Part shown: positions 21,298 through 29,297 of the stretch, piece after piece
Position numbering within the stretch: position 1 is the first letter of the stretch
Layout: each line of letters opens with the position of its first letter
Source: Syntrophales bacterium
Lineage (GTDB): Bacteria; Desulfobacterota; Syntrophia; Syntrophales; UBA2210
Assembly (NCBI GenBank): GCA_963662405.2
Contig: CAXXKT010000001.1
Location: 1,984,001-2,048,000 of the forward strand
Length of the DNA stretch: 64,000 bases
Reading direction: 5' to 3'
Notes under the pieces: generated by a model
The model's database searches: none
The model's input: the letters and a program-made list of their open reading frames with translations, nothing else
Told to the model about the DNA's origin: nothing
Made by a program: the position numbers and the translations under genes

Positions 21298-21390
21298 GCG
21301 CTGTCTCCTTTCGCGATAAAAGATAAAAAATGTAACCCTCCAAATCGATCGTTTTTCCTACCTCACCCGAATTACAAAGTCAATATCAAT

Positions 21391-21496
21391 ATAAATGGTA
21401 ATTATTGATTCAAATTAGTAATTATTAATAATGATGAGTATATCTGAGTATGTTACGGTTATTATTAGTTCTAAATAGTAAGTTTTTATCTTGACA
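21391..21496. promoter_or_regulatory. AT-rich divergent promoter region with nine 10-bp phased degenerate direct repeats ending near a TTGACA -35 box
   Basis: Decamers ATAAATGGTA/ATTATTGATT/CAAATTAGTA/ATTATTAATA/ATGATGAGTA/TATCTGAGTA/TGTTACGGTT/ATTATTAGTT/CTAAATAGTA (21391-21480); TTGACA at 21491. Confidence 0.6.
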
Positions 21497-21569
21497 AAGG
21501 TTTTTGATGTGATAGGGCATACTCGCGTTTGAAGTAATACGTAATTTCTAAGGATTGGAGGAGCGTGTT

Positions 21570-23615
21570 GTGAAGATAAGATACGTGGTTCTGTCGATAC
21601 TTGTAGGCATTCTTTTTCTCTATGGATCTCAGTGTTGGGCTGATTATGAGGTATACACGCTTGGTGAGGTGGTGGTCAGTGATGAAACCCCGGCGGTTGA
21701 GGAAACTGCTCAAGTAACCGTTATCACAGCTGAAGACGTTAGGGCGACAAACAGCCACTCGGTCGCGGATGTCCTGAAATCTGCGCCGGGGCTGTACGTG
21801 ACCACGGGGAGGAAGGCCGAGACGAATGTCTCGATTCATGGGTTTAATCAGGATAAGGCGTTGGTCCTTATCGACGGTATCCCCTACTACGAGACATATT
21901 ACGGCAAGCTGGATCTCAATAAGATCCCGGCTGATATTATCGCCAAGGTTGTCGTCACAAAGGGGGCCGCATCAGTGCTGTACGGTGCCAATGCGGAAGC
22001 GGGTGTCATTAATATCGTGACCAAAAAGGCGGGCAAAGAAGCTTCGTCCTCTGTGAACGTTGAGATTGGTGATAACCACTATCAGAAGGCGTCCGGGTTT
22101 TTCGGCGATACGAGCGGCATATTCAATTACTCGGTCAATATCCAACGAGAGGAAAGTGATGGATGGAATATGTCCGACGATTTTGACCCGGTTGTCGGAT
22201 CGTACGGGAAAAAGAAAAAGATGGTGGAGGAGGTCCTCGAAGACGGAGGCTTCCGCAATAATTCCGATTATGAGAGTACGAATCTGTGGGCGCGATTCGG
22301 TATAGAGCCGAATCCGGATTCGGAACTGTATGTCAGTTTCCGTGTTGCCGAGGGGGAGAAGGGATTCCCTCTGAACATCTACGAGAATCCGACCCATTTT
22401 ACGGACAGACCCGCCTTTTCATATCTTGCCCGATCGGAGTACCGGGACACCGGTGTTGATCTGAGCGGACGGCATGCAATCAATGACTTCGTGACGTTGA
22501 AGGCGAAGATCTTCTATCATGAGCATGAAGATGACTATATATCATACGAAGATACGACCTATGACTCCAAGATGGCGGTCAGCACCTTTGATGACAAATG
22601 TTACGGGTTAAGCCTGTTCACCGACTACAAGCCGGTTGAGTGGGATACGCTCAAGGCATCCATTCATTACAAGGTCGATTCTCACAAGAGCCGGGACGAC
22701 GATTATCTCCCCTTTGACGAAGCAAAGGCGAATACCGGGTCGGTCGGTATCGAGAACGAGTGGAATGCCGTAGAAAATCTCTCGGTAGTGGCAGGCATAA
22801 GTTACGATTGGTTCGATGTGACCAAGGCTCAGTCAAGTGAGACCGACGACAACGGTGATTTTCTCAGCCAGGAAGATCTGACTGAGCCCGGCGTCAAGGA
22901 TTGTGTCAATCCCATGATCGGTGTGGTCTATTTCTTCCGGGACACAACAAAATTCTACGCATCGGTGGCTCAGAAAACACGGTTCCCCGTACTCCATGAA
23001 CTGTACTCCAGTAAATCGGGTAACCCCGATCTTGATGAGGAAAAAAGTATCAACTATACGATCGGCGTCTCACGTCCATTCTTCGATATGGTCACCATGG
23101 AGCTCGCTTTCTTTCACCACGATATCAGTGATCGGATCGGGCGTCCCAACCGCGATTACGATTATATGAATTATGATGAGATCGCCATGACCGGTTTCGA
23201 AATCATATCGGAGGCATATGTTGCCGAGGACCTTACGTTAAAAGCGGCATATATGTACAATGACGCCCGCGATAAGAGTAGGAACCGCGTTACTGACAAG
23301 GTGACGGATGTGCCCGAACATAAGATAGATCTGAGCGCTGAGTATGTTATCCCCTCCGTCAGGACAAAACTGAATGTGACCGGTTCATACATGGCCACGA
23401 TCTATTCGGAACTTCCTACGACAAGCAATCCGGACGATCCTGAACGTGAAGCGGACAATTATTGGCTTTTTAATATGAGGATCACGCAACCATTGACGGA
23501 GCACCTGGAGGTCTATGTCGCGGCCAATAATATATTCGATAACGATTATGAAGAAGAATGGGGATGGCCGGGACACGGGAGAGAAGTATGGGCCGGTCTG
23601 AGCGCTCGATTCTGA
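21570..23615 (+). CDS. TonB-dependent outer-membrane receptor
   Basis: Signal peptide; TonB box EVVVS; plug LVLIDG..KGAASVLYGANAEAGVINIVTK; NNIFD; C-terminal Phe; GGAGGA before GTG. Confidence 0.93.
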   Translation: MKIRYVVLSILVGILFLYGSQCWADYEVYTLGEVVVSDETPAVEETAQVTVITAEDVRATNSHSVADVLKSAPGLYVTTGRKAETNVSIHGFNQDKALVLIDGIPYYETYYGKLDLNKIPADIIAKVVVTKGAASVLYGANAEAGVINIVTKKAGKEASSSVNVEIGDNHYQKASGFFGDTSGIFNYSVNIQREESDGWNMSDDFDPVVGSYGKKKKMVEEVLEDGGFRNNSDYESTNLWARFGIEPNPDSELYVSFRVAEGEKGFPLNIYENPTHFTDRPAFSYLARSEYRDTGVDLSGRHAINDFVTLKAKIFYHEHEDDYISYEDTTYDSKMAVSTFDDKCYGLSLFTDYKPVEWDTLKASIHYKVDSHKSRDDDYLPFDEAKANTGSVGIENEWNAVENLSVVAGISYDWFDVTKAQSSETDDNGDFLSQEDLTEPGVKDCVNPMIGVVYFFRDTTKFYASVAQKTRFPVLHELYSSKSGNPDLDEEKSINYTIGVSRPFFDMVTMELAFFHHDISDRIGRPNRDYDYMNYDEIAMTGFEIISEAYVAEDLTLKAAYMYNDARDKSRNRVTDKVTDVPEHKIDLSAEYVIPSVRTKLNVTGSYMATIYSELPTTSNPDDPEREADNYWLFNMRITQPLTEHLEVYVAANNIFDNDYEEEWGWPGHGREVWAGLSARF

Positions 23616-23732
23616 TAGGGTACGAGTTGATATTGTCCCGGAGGCGAGGGTGAGTAATGGGAGAGGGTCTGATGGACGGGGATGAAACCGGCCACAGACC
23701 CTCCATACCGTACGCAAGGTTAGTCCGGTAAC

Positions 23733-24437
23733 ATGAAATTTTGGCAATGTGTGGTTGCAGCCCTCTTGTTGCACATGGCGATTCTGATGATCCCGATAAC
23801 GGTGACGGACATAACTCGTGTGGGAGAATTCCGGCTGGTGATCTCTGAGACGGTTTCCACTCCGTCCGTATCGGCTGTGGTACCGGCCGTAAGACCACCT
23901 CAGGTGAAGAAACCGAAATCTATCATAAAACCGAAATCCATTGTGAAACCAAAACCAAAACCGAAACCGCCTGCGAACACGCCTGAGATCAAACCGCTCA
24001 AGAGGGACAGCATATCCGAACCTGTGGAAGGCCCATCGCTTCCGGCAGCCCCCGCACCGGAGACCATTGAGGTCGGGAACACCGATCCTGTCGAGGAAGT
24101 TCCTTGTGCCGGGCCGGAGATTTCTCAGACCGCAGAGGAGCGCGAACCGGTGGAGATGTCCTTTGGTACCTCGGGAGGACCGAAATTCCTCAAGCAGGTA
24201 CAACCGGTATATCCCCGGAAGGCAAAAATGTTACGGAAGAGAGGGGTCGTAACCCTCATGCTGACCATAGATAAAGACGGAACCCTGATTGATGTAGAGG
24301 TTGTGAAAGGCGCGGGGTACGGCTTCGATGAAGAAAGCATACGGGCCGTGAAGGAATCAACGTTCATCGGCGCCCGGAAGAACGGCAGGCCAATCGCCTG
24401 TAAGGCCTTACTGCCGGTACGATTTCGATTGAGGTGA
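23733..24437 (+). CDS. tonB: Energy transducer TonB
   Basis: N-terminal TM with His, KP-rich linker, PVYP..A..G.V C-terminal domain. Confidence 0.9.
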   Translation: MKFWQCVVAALLLHMAILMIPITVTDITRVGEFRLVISETVSTPSVSAVVPAVRPPQVKKPKSIIKPKSIVKPKPKPKPPANTPEIKPLKRDSISEPVEGPSLPAAPAPETIEVGNTDPVEEVPCAGPEISQTAEEREPVEMSFGTSGGPKFLKQVQPVYPRKAKMLRKRGVVTLMLTIDKDGTLIDVEVVKGAGYGFDEESIRAVKESTFIGARKNGRPIACKALLPVRFRLR

Positions 24438-24985
24438 ATGCGGTGATTGATTTGTTTGTGAAAGGGGGGCCGTTGATGTGGCCCATCGCCCTCTGTTCCG
24501 TTATCATGGTTGCCATCATTATCCACAAGACGGTCCAGTTCACGGTATTACTCCGGCAGCTTTCATGGCCCCGACAACGAATCCGCGAACAGAGACCCCG
24601 CCATATTGCACTCCTGCTGGATGTACTCGCTGCGAAACGGGATGAGGAGGAAATCGTTCTGGCGGGGAGCAGGAATCTGAAGATCCTGGAAAGAGGGGTC
24701 GGGGCCCTTTCGCTTATAGCGGCTATTGCGCCTTTGATGGGGCTCACCGGTACGGTTCTCGGTATGATCGAGAGTTTCAGGATTATGGCTGCCTCCGGCG
24801 GAACTGCCGGTATCGGGCTTCTGGCGAAAGGCATATGGGAGGCGCTCCTGACAACGGCGGCGGGACTCCTTGTCGCCATTCCCGCGGAGATCGGCTACCA
24901 CTATCTGGAACGGCGGCTGGATGAGATATCGATTGCCATGAAGTCTCTCGTGTTACGGTTTAGAGGTGCGGACGATGCAGTTTGA
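24434..24985 (+). CDS. exbB: MotA/TolQ/ExbB proton channel protein
   Basis: KGGPLMWP, APLMGLTGTVLGMI and GIWEALLTTAAGLLVAIP motifs. Confidence 0.9.
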   Translation: MNAVIDLFVKGGPLMWPIALCSVIMVAIIIHKTVQFTVLLRQLSWPRQRIREQRPRHIALLLDVLAAKRDEEEIVLAGSRNLKILERGVGALSLIAAIAPLMGLTGTVLGMIESFRIMAASGGTAGIGLLAKGIWEALLTTAAGLLVAIPAEIGYHYLERRLDEISIAMKSLVLRFRGADDAV

Positions 24986-25373
24986 GCGAAAAAAGAGGGC
25001 TCCGATCCATACCAATATAGCCCCCCTTGTCGATGTCGTCTTTCTCCTTCTGCTCTTTTTTATGGTGACGTCTCATATCGCGCTGGACCCCTCCATCGAT
25101 ATCAGCCTGCCCCAGTCAAAGACTGCGCAGCATCATGAATCGGATCCTGTGACACTTTCCATATCGAGGGAAGGGGAGATCTTTATCGGTGGAAAACAGA
25201 TTACGATAGAAGAAATCTGCGGTGCCGTCCGAGCACATCTGCAGGGTTCCGATACGAAAACGATCAAAATAAGGACGGACAAAGATATCCCTGTGGGAAC
25301 CCTGATACGGGTGGTGGATGAGGTACGGCTTTCAGGGGCGCATGGGCTGAGCATCCTAACGGAAAGAATATGA
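24975..25373 (+). CDS. exbD: ExbD/TolR family protein
   Basis: NIAPLVDVVFLLLLFFMV motif. Confidence 0.9.
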   Translation: MQFERKKRAPIHTNIAPLVDVVFLLLLFFMVTSHIALDPSIDISLPQSKTAQHHESDPVTLSISREGEIFIGGKQITIEEICGAVRAHLQGSDTKTIKIRTDKDIPVGTLIRVVDEVRLSGAHGLSILTERI

Positions 25374-25399
25374 GAAACGAGATGAATGGGAGGTAGAAG

Positions 25400-26533
25400 A
25401 TGTCGAATAGGTCTGTATATCTGTCTGTGGTCATGAGTGTCCTGCTCGTCATTTCTGTGTTCGGATGTGACCGTTCGGACAGGGCATCGAGGCTGGCGGA
25501 AAAAAACGATACCCACAAGGCTGGGGTCACCAAGAAAAGCGGGGGGATAAATGACCCGGTCATGTCTCGGGGGAAGGCCGGCGTCCATTCGGGATTGCAT
25601 ATTTCCGGCGAGGTTCGGCAGCAACTCACCTTGCAACGAGAGGACCTTGAGCGGTTGCATGCAGCGACCACACGAACGAATGAAGTTTTACGATCGGGTC
25701 ATTATCGCGGCGCGTTTACGTACCGTGGCCCCTCTCTCAGATCGCTCCTTGAATTTGCGGGCATAGATAAAAAGAGCTCCGATTTCAACAAAGACCTTGA
25801 TCTGGTGATCGTGGTGGAAAACGGCGAAGGTGAAGAAATCGCCCTCTCCTGGGGTGAGATCTTTTATCGGAACCCCGGAGATATAATCGTTGCCGTGGAG
25901 GCCGCGCCGATCCGACCGCATCATGAAAGAGACCGCATCCCCCGGGCCTATTGGCCGTGGCTCGATCAACTTGACCGTGAAATCGGTTTCCCCAAGCTTG
26001 TCGTTGCAAATGATTTTTATTCGGATCGCTCCCTCGAAGGGATTCGGCGTATTCAGGTGATCGATCTGCACCCCGCTGTGCAGCGGAAGAAGCAGAAAAT
26101 GCTCTTCTCGCCTTCTTTTTCCATATGCGGTGCCGTGGCCAATCCGGTTACCATATCGGTTCTCCCCGAGAAAAACTATGACACTGTTGTGTTCAAGGAA
26201 GTGGGGGACGGACAGGGATATCACGGGTTAAAAACGTTCGGGGGTGTGCCCCTCGTCGATCTGCTTGAACAGGCAGGGATGAAGGGTGATCTTGACACGG
26301 CCGTTGTCATCTCCGCCCCGGATGGGTACAGAACGACCCTCTCATATGGGGAGCTGTTCCTGTCGAACGGGGGGAAGGATATCCGTATCGGTGACACAAT
26401 GGGAGGTGAATATCTCACCAATAGAGGCAAATTCTTTGTGTTATTGCCGGACGACCTTTCCGCCGACAGGTCCGTCAAGGCCATTCAGGAAATCAGAGTG
26501 GTACCGCTGAGCCGAGAGAATCCCTCTGAGTAG
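25400..26533 (+). CDS. Lipoprotein with two molybdopterin-oxidoreductase (SUOX-fold)-like domains
   Basis: Lipobox VFGC; twice G.V...LT....L / GxxLxxLLExAG / (D/E)GY..xLSxGE / R.vk.i..I.V pattern. Confidence 0.65.
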   Translation: MSNRSVYLSVVMSVLLVISVFGCDRSDRASRLAEKNDTHKAGVTKKSGGINDPVMSRGKAGVHSGLHISGEVRQQLTLQREDLERLHAATTRTNEVLRSGHYRGAFTYRGPSLRSLLEFAGIDKKSSDFNKDLDLVIVVENGEGEEIALSWGEIFYRNPGDIIVAVEAAPIRPHHERDRIPRAYWPWLDQLDREIGFPKLVVANDFYSDRSLEGIRRIQVIDLHPAVQRKKQKMLFSPSFSICGAVANPVTISVLPEKNYDTVVFKEVGDGQGYHGLKTFGGVPLVDLLEQAGMKGDLDTAVVISAPDGYRTTLSYGELFLSNGGKDIRIGDTMGGEYLTNRGKFFVLLPDDLSADRSVKAIQEIRVVPLSRENPSE

Positions 26534-26542
26534 ACGAGATCC

Positions 26543-27307
26543 ATGGAAAACGATGTACTGTTTATCAAGAACTGGATGATGGCGGCATGCGGCTTCTATC
26601 TGCTGTCGAGCCTTGCCTATCTTGTGGGTCGGAAACGCATAGCGGTTATATTGCTTGTCACCGGGTTGCTGTCCAATGGTGTTGCCCTCGTCGGCAGGGG
26701 ATATATCGAAAAAGCCTGGTATCCAGCCCTCATGGTGCCTGAGCTGTTTGTCCTTCCCGCGGCCATGGCCTTGACGATCGGTTTCCTGTTCAAGCGGCAA
26801 AGGGTCATCGAGGGCAGAGTGGCGCTTATTCCCTTTGCTGCCTGTTGTTGCGTAACGATGCTTCTGCCCGTTGAAGCAGCGCTCCCCTGGGTTAAACAGC
26901 AAACCGCCTCGGCCGCCCTCTTTTTCCTCACCGAAGCCCTGAGTTGCGCCTTATTGGTGATCGCCGGCGCCTGTGCATGTGCGTCTCTCGTTCCGAGGAC
27001 CGACAACAGTGTAATATCCTATAACGGGCTGGTCCTCTGGGGTTTTCTCGCCTTTACGCTCTGCCAGATATCGGGAGCCGTCTGGGCATATCTCGGGTGG
27101 TCATACCCGTTTTCATGGAGTCCACGGCATTTGACCAGCGCTTCCCTCTGGTGCCTGTATGCCGCTCTTATCCATGCCCATTTCACGGGGATACAGGAAC
27201 GGCTGAAGGCGATCCTGACCGCTTTTGGTATCATTCCAATCACATATATGGTCTATCATCATGAGATAGTCACACTCCTGCAGGTGGTATCGGCGAGGTT
27301 CACATGA
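26543..27307 (+). CDS. CcsA/ResC-like (cytochrome c assembly family) membrane protein
   Basis: Multi-TM; SGAVWAYLGWSYPFSWSPRH..W.LYA..IH resembles the WWD domain. Confidence 0.7.
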   Translation: MENDVLFIKNWMMAACGFYLLSSLAYLVGRKRIAVILLVTGLLSNGVALVGRGYIEKAWYPALMVPELFVLPAAMALTIGFLFKRQRVIEGRVALIPFAACCCVTMLLPVEAALPWVKQQTASAALFFLTEALSCALLVIAGACACASLVPRTDNSVISYNGLVLWGFLAFTLCQISGAVWAYLGWSYPFSWSPRHLTSASLWCLYAALIHAHFTGIQERLKAILTAFGIIPITYMVYHHEIVTLLQVVSARFT

Positions 27308-28047
27308 ACCGGTTCATTCGATTTCTGACCCGTATGGAAACAGGTTTTTTCCTGTTGATCGTTGCGTCGGCACTGTTATTGACGGGGGGCATTATAGCCG
27401 ACGTGCATGACACGTCGCTCAGGGCATTAAATTTTCTCACCTTTCAGAAATGGTTTCCAAAACACTCCATGAGACCCCTCCTGTATGTGTGGATATTGCT
27501 GCTTTTCGGCATTTTTTTTCTTCTTGCCGTCAACACGTTTCTCTGCACGGTTTCCTATGTGAGAAACATGTCGAGGAAGGGACTGTCGGCGAGGAGATGG
27601 GGGATTGTTCTGTTCCATTGCTGCTTTTTGATGTTTCTCTCGGGACATTTTCTGTATGGATTTACGGGAATCTGTGAAAAAGTGATGGTTGAAGAAGATA
27701 TCCCCTGCACGATCCCTGCCCTCGGTCTGTCCCTTGTCCCCTTCGCGGTTGAAAAGGGTGTCCTGTCCGTTTACGGGCAAGAAGTCCCCGCGGCGGTAAA
27801 GGCGGGGATCACGGTGTCGGATGAAAGGGGCGGGGAGACGACAATACATCCGGCAACGCTGAGACCGAAGCGCGCATTGGGATACACCGTTCATATCTCC
27901 ATGAAAGATAAAGCCCTTTCTCATTCGCAGGTCGGCATCATCGTGCGCAAGCAATACGGTCTCGACCTTTTGATTGGAGGGGGGATCACCATGCTGATGG
28001 CCATGGCGCTCTTCCTGCCGAGCGTGTTTCGTTCCCGTGGCCGTTAG
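27304..28047 (+). CDS. ResB/CcsB-like membrane protein (short)
   Basis: LLAVNTFLCT and WGIVLFH..F...L.GH TM pattern, periplasmic segment, final TM; ATGA overlap. Confidence 0.6.
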   Translation: MNRFIRFLTRMETGFFLLIVASALLLTGGIIADVHDTSLRALNFLTFQKWFPKHSMRPLLYVWILLLFGIFFLLAVNTFLCTVSYVRNMSRKGLSARRWGIVLFHCCFLMFLSGHFLYGFTGICEKVMVEEDIPCTIPALGLSLVPFAVEKGVLSVYGQEVPAAVKAGITVSDERGGETTIHPATLRPKRALGYTVHISMKDKALSHSQVGIIVRKQYGLDLLIGGGITMLMAMALFLPSVFRSRGR

Positions 28048-28163
28048 TCTTTGCCGTCCGCCGTTATGGCCTGGATCATCGGAAGAGCGCATTCTGTTTT
28101 GAGCCGTGATTCACTTCGCAATGTCGTTGACCATCATACCGGAACATGGTAAAAACCACGAAT

Positions 28164-29045
28164 ATGGAGAAAGAACTTCTCACCACGAAAGAACTGGCGG
28201 GTTTTCTGCGGTTCAACGAGAAGAAGATCTACCAACTCGTCAGAGACAGTGGTATCCCCCATGTCAAGATTGCCGGGAAGTGGTTGTTCCCCCGGCGGCA
28301 TGTCCTTCGCTGGATAGACGAACAGGTGCAGAGGGAGAAGGATGTCCTGATTGTCGGGAGCGACGATGCCCTCATGACGAGGCTCGTTTCCCTCTATTCT
28401 CAGGAAAATTTCCCCGAGTCCCAGGCCTTCTACTCGTCCGTGGGAAGCCTGAAGGGAATCCAGTCTCTGATGCGGATGAAGGGGCAGGCCTGCTGCACCC
28501 ATATCCTGGATATCGAGACAGGCGTGTATAACCTTCCCATCCTCGAGAGGATGCTTTCACCTCAGAGATATGTGGTCATTCACCTCTGGTGCCGGGAGCA
28601 GGGACTGATCGTGGCGAAGGGGAACCCCCTCGGGATAAAGACACTCGAAGATATTGCGGAAAAAGGGGCGCGATTCATCAATCGGAATGTCGGTTCAGGG
28701 ACGCGGGTCCTCATCGACTATCTGATGAAAGAAAGAGGACTCGACGGACGAGAGATTACCGGTTTTACTACTGAACAAGACAGCCACATCGGGGTGGCGC
28801 AGAGGGTCTTCTTCGGAGAGGCCGATGTCGGTGTGGGAATCGAGTATGTGACGCACCTCCTCGGTCTTGACTTTATCCCCCTCAGGGAAGAGAACTTCGA
28901 TCTTGTCATCCCCGAGGCGCTCTGGTCCACGGTCCCCATCAAACGCTTTGTCTCCTATCTGGACCCCGCACGGATCAAGGGACTCTCTGCAAATCTGCCG
29001 GGGTACAACCTGAAAGATACGGGAAAGCTGGCCTTCCAAAATTGA
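28164..29045 (+). CDS. Excisionase-type HTH_17 + PBP_like (molybdate/tungstate-binding) transcriptional regulator, TaoR-like architecture
   Basis: LLTTKELAGFL..IYQLV..GIPHVKIAGKWLF; VGSLKGI, REQGLIV..GNP, FINRNVGSGTR and LDFIPL.EE.FDLV motifs. Confidence 0.85.
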   Translation: MEKELLTTKELAGFLRFNEKKIYQLVRDSGIPHVKIAGKWLFPRRHVLRWIDEQVQREKDVLIVGSDDALMTRLVSLYSQENFPESQAFYSSVGSLKGIQSLMRMKGQACCTHILDIETGVYNLPILERMLSPQRYVVIHLWCREQGLIVAKGNPLGIKTLEDIAEKGARFINRNVGSGTRVLIDYLMKERGLDGREITGFTTEQDSHIGVAQRVFFGEADVGVGIEYVTHLLGLDFIPLREENFDLVIPEALWSTVPIKRFVSYLDPARIKGLSANLPGYNLKDTGKLAFQN

Positions 29046-29073
29046 TCCTCGAAGGGATCGAGTGAAAAAAAAG

Positions 29074-29102
29074 TTGCTTTCTCCTGTCGATTGGATTAGC
29101 AT
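29074..29102 (+). promoter_or_regulatory. Putative sigma70 promoter for leader 1
   Basis: A-tract, TTGCTT (29074), 17-bp spacer, TAGCAT (29097). Confidence 0.6.
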
Positions 29103-29131
29103 CCCTCCGAATCTGGGAGGTGAGTAAGGTC

Positions 29132-29206
29132 ATGATGACGATTGTACGGTACGATTCTTACTGGTGGTGGCAAAACAACATAGGGAGTCGTCCGTCCGCA
29201 GGCTGA
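29132..29206 (+). CDS. Tryptophan-rich attenuator leader peptide 1 (MMTIVRYDSYWWWQNNIGSRPSAG)
   Basis: TGGTGGTGG at 29162-29170; GGAGG upstream; followed by an intrinsic terminator before the ligase gene. Confidence 0.85.
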   Translation: MMTIVRYDSYWWWQNNIGSRPSAG

Positions 29207-29228
29207 TGCCAGCAACAACCGGAAACCG

Positions 29229-29264
29229 AAGGCCGTGGGCAGGCAGTGCTCGCGGCCTTTTTTT
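29229..29264 (+). terminator. Attenuator terminator 1
   Basis: AAGGCCGTGGGCA-GGCAG-TGCTCGCGGCCTT 13-bp stem (2 G-U pairs) plus T7; lies in the 5' leader. Confidence 0.88.
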
Positions 29265-29297
29265 ATGGTGAATCAAGATACTGTGAAGGAGCATACG

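Noticed and set aside
23660..23705. Hammerhead-like CTGATG...GAAA inside a hairpin between the receptor and tonB
   Set aside because: Core reads CTGATGG, not CUGANGA, and stems II/III cannot be built; probably a plain intercistronic hairpin.
23905..23972. AAACCG-type short tandem repeats in tonB
   Set aside because: Ordinary Lys-Pro periplasmic linker of TonB.
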